Notes under the pieces: model-generated
What the model was told of the DNA's origin: nothing
The model's input: only the letters and a program-made list of their open reading frames with translations
The model's database searches: none
Source of the DNA: Lama glama
Taxonomy: Eukaryota
Assembly: GCA_028534125.1 (NCBI GenBank)
Contig: CM052817.1
Coordinates: 16,804,001-16,868,000, forward strand
Length of the DNA: 64,000 nt
Direction: 5' to 3'
Made by a program: the position numbers and the translations under genes
Shown here: positions 11,819-24,469 of the stretch, piece by piece
Numbering within the stretch: position 1 is the first letter of the stretch
Layout of the letters: every line of letters begins with the position of its first letter

Positions 11819-12812
11819 TCTCAAAGACGTTCTTCGAGAGTTCATCAACATTCCTATTTTTCAAAAGTATAGAGCAAACTTCCCGACAAGTTAAGAAATC
11901 AGGTATATTTAAAAGCAGCAGGGCTGAGCTTGGAAATCAATATGCGAACCTGCTTCTCTCCCCCTTTCCTTTCATTCTACCATTTCCTTGAGTCAAGTTC
12001 TCAGCTCATCCACGATCTCAGCTCAGGGTGTTGGTTCATATCCTGTGTCTGAATGGAGGCAGGTGCCTCTTCTGAGCACAGAGGTTGGAATCTCGTGGGT
12101 CTTGCTTGGCTTCTACTCAACATAATCCTCATGGAGGTGTTGGGATTGCCATCTCTGATAACCCAGTAAAACCTGGCCCCACTGCCTGCCACGAAAGGGG
12201 TGTCAAAGGGTACAACGGCGCCGTTTCATTTGATGGTGACTAGCGAATGTTTTAGTAACTTGAAACCATTAAATCAGGTAACAGGCTCATCTCATCTTCC
12301 AAGTGTGCCTGAATTGTTTACATCCGTGTTTATTAGACGAAGTATTTATGCTGTGCTTTCATTTATACGCACCGTTCCCCCATAAACTGCTAACTTTCTT
12401 TGGATTTGTCTTCTTTATTCCCTGTCCACGGTTTTGTTCTGCAGCTCCCTTCAGCGGCCAGGCATGGGATTGCAGAGAGCAGCTTACCCCATAGGCATTG
12501 AATGATTGTGTGCCAAGGGAATGTTTCCTTTGGGTGACTTTTGACATATTGTAACTGGGGAGGTTTCACGAAAGAGCTGAGCTTTTTTTTTTTTTTTTTT
12601 TTTGCCTGAGTGTTTGCAAAACCCATTCCCTCTGCCTGGAGCTGTCTGCCCTTCCACCTCCCACTTGCCCACTCTCTCATTTCATTAAGCCCTAATGATC
12701 CGCTAGCTCTCAGTCCAAACATGGCTTCTTCAGGGAAGATTTTCCTGAACTCCCTCAGTAGGTCAGGACTCCCTGTCTTATATGCTCATAACACCTGTGC
12801 TTTTCTTCTAGA

Positions 12813-13680
12813 GAAGTGCTGTCCAATAGAAAGGCTATGCAAGCTACCTGTGTAATGTTTAACTCTCTAAGAACCACATTTTTTAAAAGTAAAAAAGCAA
12901 ACAAGGTGAAATTAACACTAATAATGTATTTTACTCAACCCGAGTGTACCAGTTTCCTAGGGCTGCCATAACAAAGCAGCACAAACTGGGGGGCATTTTC
13001 TCATACTTCTGGAGGCTGGATGTCTGAAATCAAGGTGTCAGCCAGGTAGGTTCCTTCTGGGTAACATGAGGGAAATGTCTGTTCCGTGCCTGTCTCCTAG
13101 CTCCTGGCGGTTTGCTGGAAATCTCTGGCATTCCTTGGCTTATAGACGACATCCCCCTTGAGTCTTCACACTGTCTTCCTGCTTTACGTGTCTCTTTATC
13201 TTTGTGTGGTGTTCTTTTGATAAGGACTCCAGTCGTCATGGATTAGGGACACCCCCTGCTTCAGTATGACCTCATCTTAACTAATTACATCTGCAATGAC
13301 TCTATTTCCATACAAAGTCGCATTCTGAGGTACTGAGGACTAGGACTTCAACATGGCCCTCTTGGGGGACACAATTCAACCTATAACATCAAAATATTTA
13401 AAATACCATTTCATCATGTAATCGACATAAAATTTATTGAGATATTTCTACTTTTCCTCATATTGAGACTTTGACATTTAGTGATGAATATAGCATACAG
13501 TGGCATAGTTTATACGGATAGAACTGAATTTTCACTCAAAATACTTCATCTGTACTTAGAGTTCATAAAATTTCCAGTTGAAAAAGCAGATTCACATATC
13601 CAGATTTTTCAAAACACATTTTAAAGTTTTCTAATAGCTGGAATGAATACCAAAAGACTCATTTTCCTTTGATATTTGCA
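12813..13680 (+). mobile_element. hAT-Charlie element (MER33/Charlie-like) split by an MLT1 LTR
   Basis: gtgctgtccaatagaaa..ggtgaaattaa.. resumes after 13388 with catgtaatc..tttccagttgaaaaagcagattcacata. Confidence 0.7.
12945..13388 (-). mobile_element. MLT1C-like MaLR LTR
   Basis: tgtaccagtttcctagggctgccataacaaa..ttacatctgcaatgactctatttcc..gggacacaattcaacctataaca. Confidence 0.9.
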
Positions 13681-14345
13681 GAGGGTAGGCAACCAGCGGG
13701 TCTTTGATCCTGAAGGAATCTGTAATGAGCAGTGAAGGTTCTAATAATCCAGATCGGTCACGGCCCCTCCTTTCTGTCCTGCTGTGTGTGGGGGGCGTCC
13801 CTTGCTGCCATTATCAGTCCTGTCTGTGACATTACACACCCTTGGGTTTTTTTGTTCCATGAGCCAATCCTTTTTTTTTTTTTTTTTTTGCCAATTTGAG
13901 CTGAGTTTTCTGTCACTTGCTACTAAGAATGCAGACTATCATAGCAAACAAGATCTCATTAAATTCTCACGTCAGGAATTACCGTTTCCATTCCACAGGA
14001 GTCTGAGGTTGAAAGAACTTAAGTAACGTTCCCAAGTTCGTCCAGCCAGGAAGTGGCAACACTAGGTTCACCTCCATTCCTTTCTGACTCCAAATGCAGG
14101 TGACATTTCTCACAGTCCACATCACCTCCTAAGCGCAGGACACATGAGAGCCAGACGAAGTAGGAAAGGCAAGAGAACGGTGAATCAAGGTGCAGAATGA
14201 CAACGCCAAAGCACAAAGTGTAACAGGGAGTTTCTTATTTCCTGTGCATCAGAAATTGGAAATTAATTGCATTCATGTACATAAGCGGAGGTGAGAACTA
14301 AAAAGGGGAGGCTAAGTAAAGACTCTTTAAAAAATGTGTTTTCAT

Positions 14346-14488
14346 TGGGTGAGGGTATAGCTCAGTGCTAGAGCACATGCATAGCATGCATGAGGTCCTG
14401 GGTTCAATCCCCCCTCCCTCCATTAAAAAAAAAATTAAATAAATAAATAAATAAATAAATCTAATTAACTACCCCCCAATTTTTTTTT
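14346..14488 (+). mobile_element. Camelid Vic-1 SINE with 14-bp TSD
   Basis: gggtgagggtatagctcagtgctagagc..ggttcaatcc, (TAAA)n tail; TSD aaatgtgttttcat at 14332-14345 and 14489-14502; TT/AAAA L1-endonuclease site. Confidence 0.95.
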
Positions 14489-14706
14489 AAATGTGTTTTC
14501 ATGAGTTGGGAGGAATAATTAGAAATTATTGTGTCAAGTGCATGTACACAGGGGCCCTGAAAGTATTGGAGAGTAGTAAAGACAATTTAAGATTTTACAT
14601 GATTTTAGCTTTCTCCCTGGATTTGCTCTTTACCCGACTAGCAGTTTTGCAGTTGCCAGTGGCCCTTTGTGAAGCCCACAGGAGATGGATCCATTAGAAA
14701 ACTTAC

Positions 14707-14778
14707 AGTGGGGTTCAGTGGGGTTCGTCCTCCAGCTCGGTGAATCATTTGGGAGCATCGGAGTGAAGTGGAGGGACT
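14707..14778 (-). CDS. Candidate 72-nt internal exon (coding or lncRNA)
   Basis: Acceptor gtttcctttcctcag, donor CT|gtaagt, length divisible by 3, two frames open, non-repetitive. Confidence 0.35.
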
Positions 14779-14889
14779 CTGAGGAAAGGAAACTGTTCAT
14801 CCTGGAGGATGGCAGACCAGGCCAGGAGACATAGCCTCCTCTCTAGCAGAGACTGGGAGGTTGTTCTCACAGAAGATCTCACTAGTCCT

Positions 14890-14990
14890 CACACCCTTCT
14901 CCTGGATGGGGAAAGCGAGGCTCAGAGAGGTTAAGTAACTTGCCCGGGTCACACAGCACACAGTGGGGCAGAGCTGGGCTTCACTGTCCT
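14890..14990 (-). mobile_element. MIR SINE
   Basis: gaggctcagagaggttaagtaacttgcccgggtcacacag. Confidence 0.85.
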
Positions 14991-16203
14991 TCAGAAGCTC
15001 AGAAATCTGTGAAGCCTATTGGTGTTTCTTTTTGAATTTCTTCCTTGCTTTCCTTTCTCTCTTCCCTTAGTGCTTCGTTTTGTCATTCTAACTTCTCCAG
15101 GCCTCACCACCTTGTGTTCTCATTGAAAGACCTGTGAACACTCACAAGTCTCAGATGTGTTTACAACCCAGTCCCCGATGGAGGGCTCTGGAGCCCTGGA
15201 GACGTCAGAAAGCTTCATGACGGGAAGTTGGAAGGACACCCAGCTCCCAGTTTTGTTTACTGCTCTGTTAACTGAGTATTCCAGCACACTGAGTCAACCT
15301 AAGCACCTTCCAGGGTTTTTAGGAGAACTGTTTTTTTCTCAGAACAACATGGCACTTTGGGGCTTGCTGTAGCTGCTCTCCCATTTATGGCTGGGTGAAC
15401 CTGAGCTCACCATTCTCTCTATCAGAGAATCAGTGTCTTCACCTCTAAAGTGGTCAAACAATAGTCCCAACCCCACAGGGGCTGTCAGGTGAATTATACT
15501 TAACACTTAGTTTTCCCCCTAATCATGCCCCCATCATTTAATGTGTATTTATATCTGTGCTTTATACATTAAAAAAACAAATTTTATCACCCAAGAACCA
15601 ACTTTCACACTGAGAATCTGTGATCTGTAGCATCTTATATCATCTTTCTGTATCAGCCATTGAATCAAAGTTTCAGTGGCATCTATTTCCAAAGCAAACC
15701 ATCAGTGCTGAGAACCTGATGAACAGATCACTTGTTTCCCAAGTCACCATCTTCAAGGGTCCAGGAAACATGGGAGCAGACTGGAAGATCGCTGAGCTAC
15801 GTCCTTTTGCTTGTTGAATGTGACACAAACCACACCTCTTTTTAAAGTTATAGAATCTGTCCTCTCTGGCTTGCAGTGTAATCTCCTCAGCACTGGTTTG
15901 GTCTAACCGCCCGGACTTTTCACAGGCAATCACAGGCCTTAAGGACACGCTCTCGTCTCTGGTATATTGAGAATATTATGTATAAACACATATCTTCTTG
16001 CTACTCTGTCCAGTGCAGTCCACAGGGCTGTGGGGGGGGGGGACAGGAAGTATCTCTTACTTTTGTTGTTGTTGTTCAGCAGCCACAACCCAAGCACGCA
16101 CAACATTTAGGTAGCGACAATTTGTTAATTACAAAATACCATAATTTGTGAATTACAGAAGTTTGTTCTCCCAAATTGGAAAAAACACTCTTGACAGGGG
16201 TCT

Positions 16204-16800
16204 ATTCATTCATTCCAACAGATATTTACTGAACATCTGCTAAATGCCAGGCTGCATCCTAGGCCGGGGGGGGGGGGGGCGGATTCGGCAGTGAATGAGG
16301 CAGTGCACGTTCTTGGAGCTTCCCTGCTCTGGTGTGGGAGACAGATGATATGTAAGTAAATGCGTGGGGATGAGCAGCAGGAAGGAAATACAACCAGGCA
16401 AGGGCTGGAGAGTCAAGAAGGGAGTGCTGCCTTTTAGGAGAGGCGTTTAATAAGGCGGGGTCATTTGAGGAATGGTTGGGAAGGTCATTCTAAGCAGAGA
16501 GATCAGAAGGCAAAGGGCTTGGCACAGAAAAGGGCTTAGTATGTTCAAGGAACAGAAAGGAGGTCAGGTTGCCAGCACAGAGAGATCAAAGTGGGAGTGG
16601 GCTGGCTTGACAGCAGACAAGTCAACAGGGGCCTCCCAGCCCACGGTAGGAAGATGGGTTCATTTTCAGTGCCATGGGAAGTCCCTGGAAGGCAGGAGAG
16701 CGACCAGATTTGGCCCGTAAAGCAGAGAGTACACATTGCAAGTGAGAAGGGGAGCAGGCTGTAGAAGGGTCCCTATAGGACGTGATGGGGACTTGGACAA
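16204..16800 (-). mobile_element. L2 3' region
   Basis: attcattcattccaacagatatttactgaac..tgccaggc..gttcaaggaacagaaaggaggtcag. Confidence 0.85.
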
Positions 16801-17088
16801 GTCACAGTACTAGGTTTGTGGTCTGGAATCTCTATTTTAAATAGTTACCAAAGTACTCAGTCTCAGCATTTTATATTCACCTGTTGTTTAACCAATTTCG
16901 AAGGCACTTAGAATATAGATCAGTGGATATGACACATGAACATTAAACATTTATTAATGGCAGCAGGGAGTGAGGTCAGACCCAAAGCATGGTGGAGACA
17001 GTGCCATAAGAGTTTAAACAGGTATTGAGTGCCTCCTCTCCTGAGCTAAGCATCTCACATGCTTCACCTCCTGCCTCCGGGGTATGTG

Positions 17089-17388
17089 CGGTTGGCCCTC
17101 TGTACCTGTGGGTTCTGCATCCACAGGTTCAGCCATGTGTATTTCTTGAATTCCCAAAAGTTCCAAAAAGTAAAACTTGGATTGGCTGTGTGTTGGCAAC
17201 TGTTTAGCATTTACATTGTATTAGGTATTATAAGTAAGAAAGAGATGATTTGAAGGATACGGGAGGATGTGTATCAGTTATGTACAAATACTGTGCCATT
17301 TTCTACAAGGGACTTGAGCATCATGGCATTTCGGTATCCCCATGAAGCCCTGGAACCAATTCCCCTGAAGATATCAAGGGACGACTGC
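17089..17388 (+). mobile_element. Tigger3/MER7-type MITE inserted in a MIR
   Basis: TIR-like cggttggccctctgtacc..gatatcaagggacgactg; internal tttacattgtattaggtattataagtaa..gggaggatgtg. Confidence 0.85.
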
Positions 17389-17482
17389 ACTAGTATCCGC
17401 AAGTGAGCAAGTGCAGCTAACGAGCTGGTAAGTGACAGCTGGTACGTGACAGACCCAGGGTTTGAACCCAGGCCTATCTGAC

Positions 17483-17638
17483 CCTCGGCTACAGTCCAGC
17501 TGGTCAGCTGATTCCTCTCCCACATGAAGATGCCCTCCCAGGACCCTTTCTGGTCTAGGCTTCGTGAGTCAGTGGTGTTGTCCATGTTATCAGAGTCGGC
17601 GGGGGTTCTTGGCCCAATAGAGAGGTCACTGAACATCC
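17483..17638 (-). CDS. Candidate first coding exon of the hypothetical 117-aa ORF
   Basis: Acceptor ttccttctcttag, ATG at 17636, weak donor AGG|gtcaga in phase 1. Confidence 0.2.
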
Positions 17639-18864
17639 CTAAGAGAAGGAACTGTCTTCTTTCCTGTATCTCCTACCGACCAGCACACAGCCTGGCTCCT
17701 GGGAAGCCTTCAGTGCTATCTGTTCAATGGGGGAAAGAATGAATGAATGAACGCACAAAGTCAAGCCATTCATTCTGTTCCAAACCAGAGGCAGGCTTGC
17801 CTTTTTTAAAATACATTGCTCAGGCACAGACTTAGCACGTAACTTGCCTGGAGGTGTGTAGTGGCTGGGTGGACAATTTTCATTCATTTATTCGAACACG
17901 AATGTGATAAATATTTAACAAATGCATGTCATGTATAAATTACTGTTGAGTTGAGGCCTTCTCCCCTTCCCAAATAACAGAAAGCTAAGCTGGGGGGTAG
18001 GAGTGGGGAATTAAAAACCTGAATACAGCACTTAAAAACTTTGACTCAGGAGTTCCAGTTTGGATGCCTAACCACCTGGACGACCTTGATCCACCGAGAC
18101 TCACCTGCTTCAGCTGTGAAATGTGGCTGATTGTACTGCTTTCATTAGGTTGAGAGAGCTGATCACTCCCTCCTGGATTCTGTATGGTTAAATTATATCA
18201 GTATTGCTATTGCCACTGTTATTATTAGTGTATCACTCGGTCTGAAAAGAATCTTCCTCCTTATCTTTTCCTTTTTCTTTCTCTTCCCCTACCCGTCCCT
18301 AGAATGCAGAAAGAAAGCTCTGCCGTTAATTAGGTTGTAAAAACTCTTGCAAATGCATGAGCTCCCATTTTAGAGAATCTCCTTTCCCACTTAACTGATC
18401 TGAATCAAGCCTGCTTAATTTAATGAAGACACTAAAGTCATAGCATTCGATATTTTATTTCTCTAATAAAGATCACCAAGTGATGCTAACCAACTCCCAA
18501 AGCAAAGAGATTGCTTCTAAGTATTCTAAAGGGCATTTGTCAGAATGCAGCATGATTACCTGTTGAGTACAGGTATTGGATTAAATTCCACCCTATAGAT
18601 GGAAAGCCAACTTTGACACAAAATAATTGTAACATCATTTACTACAAAAAACTATGACTTGTACTCCTTTGGACTGCATGAAATCACTGCAATTATTTTC
18701 TTGGCCTTTTGACTTTGCACTGAGCTTTTACGGTGAGAGGTATTTTGAGAAATGAGTGAAAAAATACAGTGGGTCAGTTCGACCTGCTGTGTCAGCTGAA
18801 GAGAGAATACATTGGATGGTTTCATCTTACCGTTTGAAAAAGGAAGTTAAAAAATTAATTTTTT

Positions 18865-19343
18865 TTTGCTTCTGTAAGAAATGATCATAATTTTGTGGCT
18901 TAAAAGGACATAAATTTAATACCTGACAGTTCTGGAGTTCAGAAGCTGTTTCACTAGGCTGAAGGAGGTGCTGGCAGGGCTCTGTTCCTTTCTGGAGGAT
19001 CCAGAGGGGAGTCCCTTGCCTTTTTCAGCCTCTAGAGGCTGCCTACATTCCTTGGCTGGTGGCCTCTGCCTCCATCTTCAAAGCACATCACTCCAACCTC
19101 TGCTTCCAACATCGCATCTCCTGTGTTAGTCTCTGACTCTCCCATCTCCCTCTTATAAGGCCCCTTGTGATTACTGGGCCCATCCGGATGATCCAGAAAA
19201 ACCCCCTCATCTCAAAACCCTTAATTTAATCACGTCGAGAAAGTCCCTTGTGTCAAATGAGGTACCTTTTTGACAGGTTCCAGGGATTAGGATGTGTCGC
19301 CAAATGTGGACGTCTTTGGGGAACCATTATCCCAGCTGCCACA
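18865..19343 (-). mobile_element. MLT1D/E-like MaLR LTR
   Basis: gtggcttaaaa..acagttctggag..ctagaggctgcc..cattccttggct..ggttccagggattagg..gccaca. Confidence 0.85.
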
Positions 19344-19399
19344 GAGAGGAAAAGAAGAGAGAGGGATGATTCCAGATCTTCTAGGAAATAAGTAGAATG

Positions 19400-19860
19400 C
19401 CGTCCCATCCGCTAGAACATTTTTCTTGAAGCGCATCTCCATGACAGGCTCCGGGTCCTGGGCAGCTTTGTCCTCAATCCGTTCCTCGTCTTTCCCCTGC
19501 TCTGCGGTCTAGAGGCAGTTTCCCGGCTCCCACTACGTCAGGGAGCGGCTGACTGAGTTCAGCCAATGAGGGGGACTGAAAGGGTTGGGAGGGTGGAGCA
19601 AGGGGGAGGCGGGGCTATTTCCTCCCTCCCTCTCGACCTCCCCAGCCGCGTCTCCCGCAGCCGCAGCCCCTCCCCGCAGAGCCCGGCACGGTTCCCGCGT
19701 CACCCCGGGGAGCCTGACCTGCCCCCAGCGGCGAGCATAGCTTCCTGCAGCTGCTAATCTCGGGATTCCCTCTCTGCTTCCTTTGGCCTTCTTGGCTTCT
19801 CCCCCAGTGGTGTAACAAATTCCTGCCTTACTTTCCCTCTCTATAAAAACCGCAAGTGAT
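19400..19860. promoter_or_regulatory. Small CpG-rich promoter-like island
   Basis: Local CpG enrichment; CRE/ATF tacgtca 19534-19540, NF-Y agccaatgag 19561-19570, GC box ggggaggcggggc 19603-19615, G4-capable G-tracts 19570-19614. Confidence 0.7.
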
Positions 19861-20039
19861 TTCTGATTCCCTAGTTGGTCCCCTATTGATACAGATGCGG
19901 AGGAATTCTTTTAAGCAGACTTTGGGGGAAAAGAGACACTTCTTTCAATGATACCGTCGCTGCTCAAATGAGTTCTGAAATTCCTTTCTCTTTGGCAGTT
20001 GTCTTAAAACCAAGTTTTCAAGCCCCCGCATAGGACCAG

Positions 20040-20626
20040 AGTATTAATTTTGGGGGGCTGCCGTAACAAATTCCCACAAACATGGTGGCTTCAAAGAAAA
20101 TAAATATATTGTCTTAGTTCTGTAGGCCAGAAATCTGAAATCAAGGTGTCAGCAAGGCAGTGCGCCATCTGAAAGAATTAAGAGCAAATCCTAAATATGA
20201 AAACGAATATATGTATGTATATGCGTGACTGGGACATTGTGCTGTACACCAGAAATTGACACATTGTAATTGATTGTACTTCAATAAAAATAAATTAATT
20301 AATTAAATTTTTTAGAAAAGGAGCGAATCCTTTGTTTGCCTCAGCTTCTACGGGCTCCTGGCGTTCCTCGGCTCATGGCTGCATCACTGTAATCTTTGCC
20401 TCTGTGTTCACATGGGCTCCTCTTTGCTGCCTCAGATCTCCCTCTTGTGAGATATTTGTCATTGGATTCACAGCCTACCAGGATATTTATGGATGCTCTT
20501 ACGTTGAGAAACTTACTTACCTCTTCGAGGACCCTTCTAAATAAGGTCACATTCAGTTTCCTCAGATTAGGACATACACATACCTCTTTGGGGGGGTGGG
20601 ATGGGGACATCATTCAACTCACTACA
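20040..20626 (-). mobile_element. MLT1 MaLR LTR split by a young L1
   Basis: ggctgccgtaacaaattcccacaaacatggtggctt..ctgaaatcaaggtgtcagc..aaataaggtcacatt..gacatcattcaac. Confidence 0.85.
20192..20318 (+). mobile_element. Young L1 3' terminus (camelid/artiodactyl type)
   Basis: tgtgctgtacaccagaaattgacacattgtaa..tacttcaataaaaa; degenerate TSD aagagcaaatcc / aggagcgaatcc. Confidence 0.85.
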
Positions 20627-22384
20627 ACTAGTTTCATTGCTTTATATTCAATTAGGAAAATCATACAAACACATTCATTACCCTACTTGGTCATCAGCTT
20701 TATTCACCCCACTCAGCTCTCAGTGTTCTTTGCTGTTTCCAAAAATTAATTCAACTCCTGAAAGATAAGCAATGTGTTAATAATAAATAATGCAAAACCT
20801 TATCCTAGCAGCATAAATAGAGAGGGAAAATGATTTGCAGGCTTCTGCAAAAGTTGGTCAATGGAAGAGGTCTGCTTTGACCTCCGCCTTTCACTGCGGC
20901 TGAGTTCCCCAATCAGCAGAAGAGAGATTTGGGTCTCTGGACTTGACAAGTAGACTAAGACTTTTCACATTCTTCTCTGCCTTCACTCAGCAGTTGCTTT
21001 TTCTGTTTTTTAGTCCAAATGTCTGTTTTCTCGTTTATTCTTAGCACACATTCATCTGCCAAGTTAAATATGGTTAAGACAGCTATTTATCGGTCCTCTG
21101 ACTATTTTTAAGGGTAAAGGGAGGTCCTTCATAAAGACATCATTTTCCACACAATCATCTGAAAGCTTAATTTATGTCATTGCTTGTGTCCAGGCTCAAG
21201 TTGCTGAATGACAAACAGTGATGTAAATGAAGATTTTAGATGACTTTACTGAGATTATACTCCAGTTACTGGCTTGGAGCAAATAGAATCCTTTGCCAAA
21301 ATATGAGCTGCACTGACTAATGCTCACCAAGAATAAACTAGAAAGAGCATTAGATGTAGAAATGGAACAAGTAATTGCCCTGAGTTTAAAAAAAAGATAT
21401 GCTTCGTAGATGAGTCAAATTTCATATAATTTTTAATGTAAGGAAGAAGCAAGGTCCGATGGAGAATATTTGTAGAGTCTTTAGAAAGTGGAGGAGAGGG
21501 GAAAACCAAGCTTTAAGAGCGCACCCTAGTGACCGGTTCAGCAGTGCTTTTCTCCCCGTGGCTGGTGCCTGGGAAACCTGACCAGTAAAATACTAGCAGG
21601 GGACTAGAAAGAGCTTTTGTACAGCATTAATTATAATGTAAAGAAGAAAGAGCCCTTAAAATGTTCTCTCTTATTTCCCTTTTAAATTTGTGAGTAGCCA
21701 AATATGAGACTGAGCATGCAAGGATAGGGGTCATTGTAGCCAAACACTAATCCAACACATATTCTATGAAACTTCTAGTAGACTTCCTGTTGATGAATTA
21801 AAGCTATGAGCCGCTGTTCTGAGGCCATGATATCCATCTCCAATATTTACGACAACCCTGCCATTTTATAGATAAGGAAATGAGGACTCAGAAAAGCAAA
21901 GACTTTACCCAAGGCCACAAATGGAATTATCTCAATTCCAAAATGCCATTGACCGTGGGACTCACCATTGATTTCATAACTGCTTTACAGGGAACCACAA
22001 AAAAACCCACTTCATTAAATGTACAGCTCTGTTGTAAGATCAATTGTGCTTTCAAAAACATTAAAATTTGAAGGGGAAAAAAGAGCCTCTGAAATATGAC
22101 AGAACATCAGCCCGGAGGAAGGGCTTTGGATCAAAGTCTTTCTGGTCCAAAGATCCAGGCTCTCTCCACGACAGCCTGCTCACTCCCTGATCTGTGCATC
22201 AGGACCAAGAGCAGCGGGTAACACTGAGAACTAGAACTAGCACCACGACTATACAATAAAACCACATGTTGAGTCCTCTCTGTCTCTGGTTAGCTTTTCA
22301 GTAATCTGCATAATGAGAATTTTTTTTTAAACCTGATATCAGGCATCATTGATTCATCCACTGCCCCCCACCATCCCTCTCTTT

Positions 22385-23300
22385 ATTCTGCAAATATTGT
22401 GAGCCAGACCCCAGGCTGTGTCCTGGAAGAATAGGAGGGAGCAGAACTCTGTCCTCATGTAGCTCACCCATGGGTTGGGGAAGGGAGGCAGGGATATTAT
22501 CAAGTAATCACTCAAACCAACAAAAAGCTAGAAGTTGGCATGTGCTCTGTGGGAGAGGTTCACAGTGCCCTGAAAGCCCGTCTAGGGGGATTGGATCTAC
22601 TAGAGGAGATCTTGGATGGCATTCCTGAACCAAGTTCTGGGAAGAGTTACTGTCTCTCTGAGAGGAAAGAAGAGCATGTTCAGCAAAGCAGAGTGTGTGC
22701 AAAGGCCCTGTGGTGAGTGAGAGCAGGATGAGTACAAGGAAGTGGAAGCAGGCCAGTGTCACTGAAGGGCAGAGAGTGAGGAAGCTAGCAAGATGGCAGG
22801 GGCATCCTGGAGGGTTTCCAAGGTCACTAAGCCATTGTCCAGAACAGCAGGTAAGAGTTTGGATTCTGGAGACTGTTTTCTTGGGTTCAAGTCCCCACTC
22901 AACCCCTTATTAGCTGTGTTACTTAATCCCTCTGTTTGCTCATGTGAAATATGAGACTATTAATGGGAGGATTAAATTAATGAACAGGGTGTGTGTAAAA
23001 CTTTCTAGAATAGTGCATGGCACACGTTTGGCACCATATGCATATTTGCTATGATTCTAAGAGCAACAGCGAGACAGAGCAGCTTAGCAGCAAGAAGGTG
23101 ACATCATCAGGTTTGGATTTCAAAAAGGTCACTCTAGCCTTTGTGTAGAAGATGGGCTGTAGAGAGGCCAGAAGCTGTGGGCTGGCCAATTAGAACTGTC
23201 ACAATAGTCCCAGCAACACTTGGAGCAGGAGGGTGGAGTGGTGGTGGGAAGAAGGGGACAGAATGAAGAGATAGGAGACAAAATCAACAAGACCTGCAGA
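22385..23300 (-). mobile_element. L2 fragment interrupted by a + strand MIR (~22850-23060)
   Basis: gtgtgcaaaggccctgtgg..gaagcaggccagtgt; resumes aaaggtcactctagc..tagtcccagc. Confidence 0.7.
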
Positions 23301-24056
23301 GAGGAAGAGAAGATCTCATCCCAGTCTGTCATCATCCTTACCCCTTGACAACTACAAAAACCCATGCGAGGAGGACTCAGAGACAGAAGCAAGAAGTCAA
23401 TTTGCTAAGTATTGCAAGGAAGCCAGAAAATAAAAACACAATTGATATTTAAACCAACCAAACAAAAAAACCCTGCGAAACTACCAAGGTTACCAAGTTT
23501 TCAGTCATCTGTTCATGGTGGAATAACAGCCGTTTTCAGGCGTAATTAGCATCTCCACATCTGCAGGCATAAGTGTCACACGAGTCAGGGATAAAGGCAT
23601 TTTGCGAGGTAATCAGCAACTGTCAGGAAATACTCAAGGACTCATTTATTTTGGGTACTAGAACTAGATAGAGTGATCTCGTTGTTTTGTTGTTTTCTTT
23701 TGCTGTTATTTTATCAACGAATGCAAAGTGTTTTACATTTCTTCCCTCTATGGGGTGTTGTGGGTTACTTATTTGTCCCTGGTGCAGGTGTGAGAAGCAT
23801 CATTTTTACTTCTATGCTCTCTGTCCCCCACTCCCTACTGCCACCCTCAGTGTGGAGGGGCCTTCTGCTCTGCACCGCCATCTCCAGTCTTTTCTGAGCC
23901 CTCCTGCCATATAAGAGGTCCTCAAGAAACTCCCTGAGCTCTTCTCTGGCAAAGGGTTTCCTACATGCAAAGGCCTTTGAGCAGCAGAAATTCAGGACCA
24001 TGGGGAGAAGGTAGCTGGAAAACTTCTAGCCATGATTTAGAGTCCTGGTAAGGTAA

Positions 24057-24469
24057 TGTAACGGATTGAATAGTGTCCCCTGAATTCACATCCACATGAA
24101 ACCTCGGAATGTGAGCTTATTTGGAAAGAGGATCTTTGCAGGTATAAATAGTTAAATGAAACCATCCTGGATTGGATTTGGGCCCCACAATCCATGATTT
24201 GTGTCTTTGTAAAACAAGGAAAAGAAACAGAGAAACACAAAGAAGATAATGTGAAGATGGAGGCAGAATTTGGAGTGATGGGTCTGCAAGCCAAGGAAGG
24301 CCAGGAGCTGGGACAGAGGTAAGAAGAAGCCAGGAAGGATGCTCGCCTAGGACTCTGGAAGGGCACATGGCCTTGCTGGCACCTGGATTTTGGTGAGAGA
24401 ATATATTTCTGTTGTTTAAGCCACCAGGTTTGTGATCATTTGTTACAGCAGCGCTAAGAAACTAAGACA
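24057..24469 (+). mobile_element. MLT1C/B-like MaLR LTR, full length
   Basis: tgtaacggattgaatagtgtcccc..gaatgtgagcttatttggaaa..tttgttacagcagcgctaagaaactaagaca. Confidence 0.9.

Noticed and set aside
14346..14420. tRNA-like sequence (also 7759-7830 and 56570-56643)
   Set aside because: A-rich tails, TSD and poor acceptor stems show these are SINE heads, not tRNA genes.
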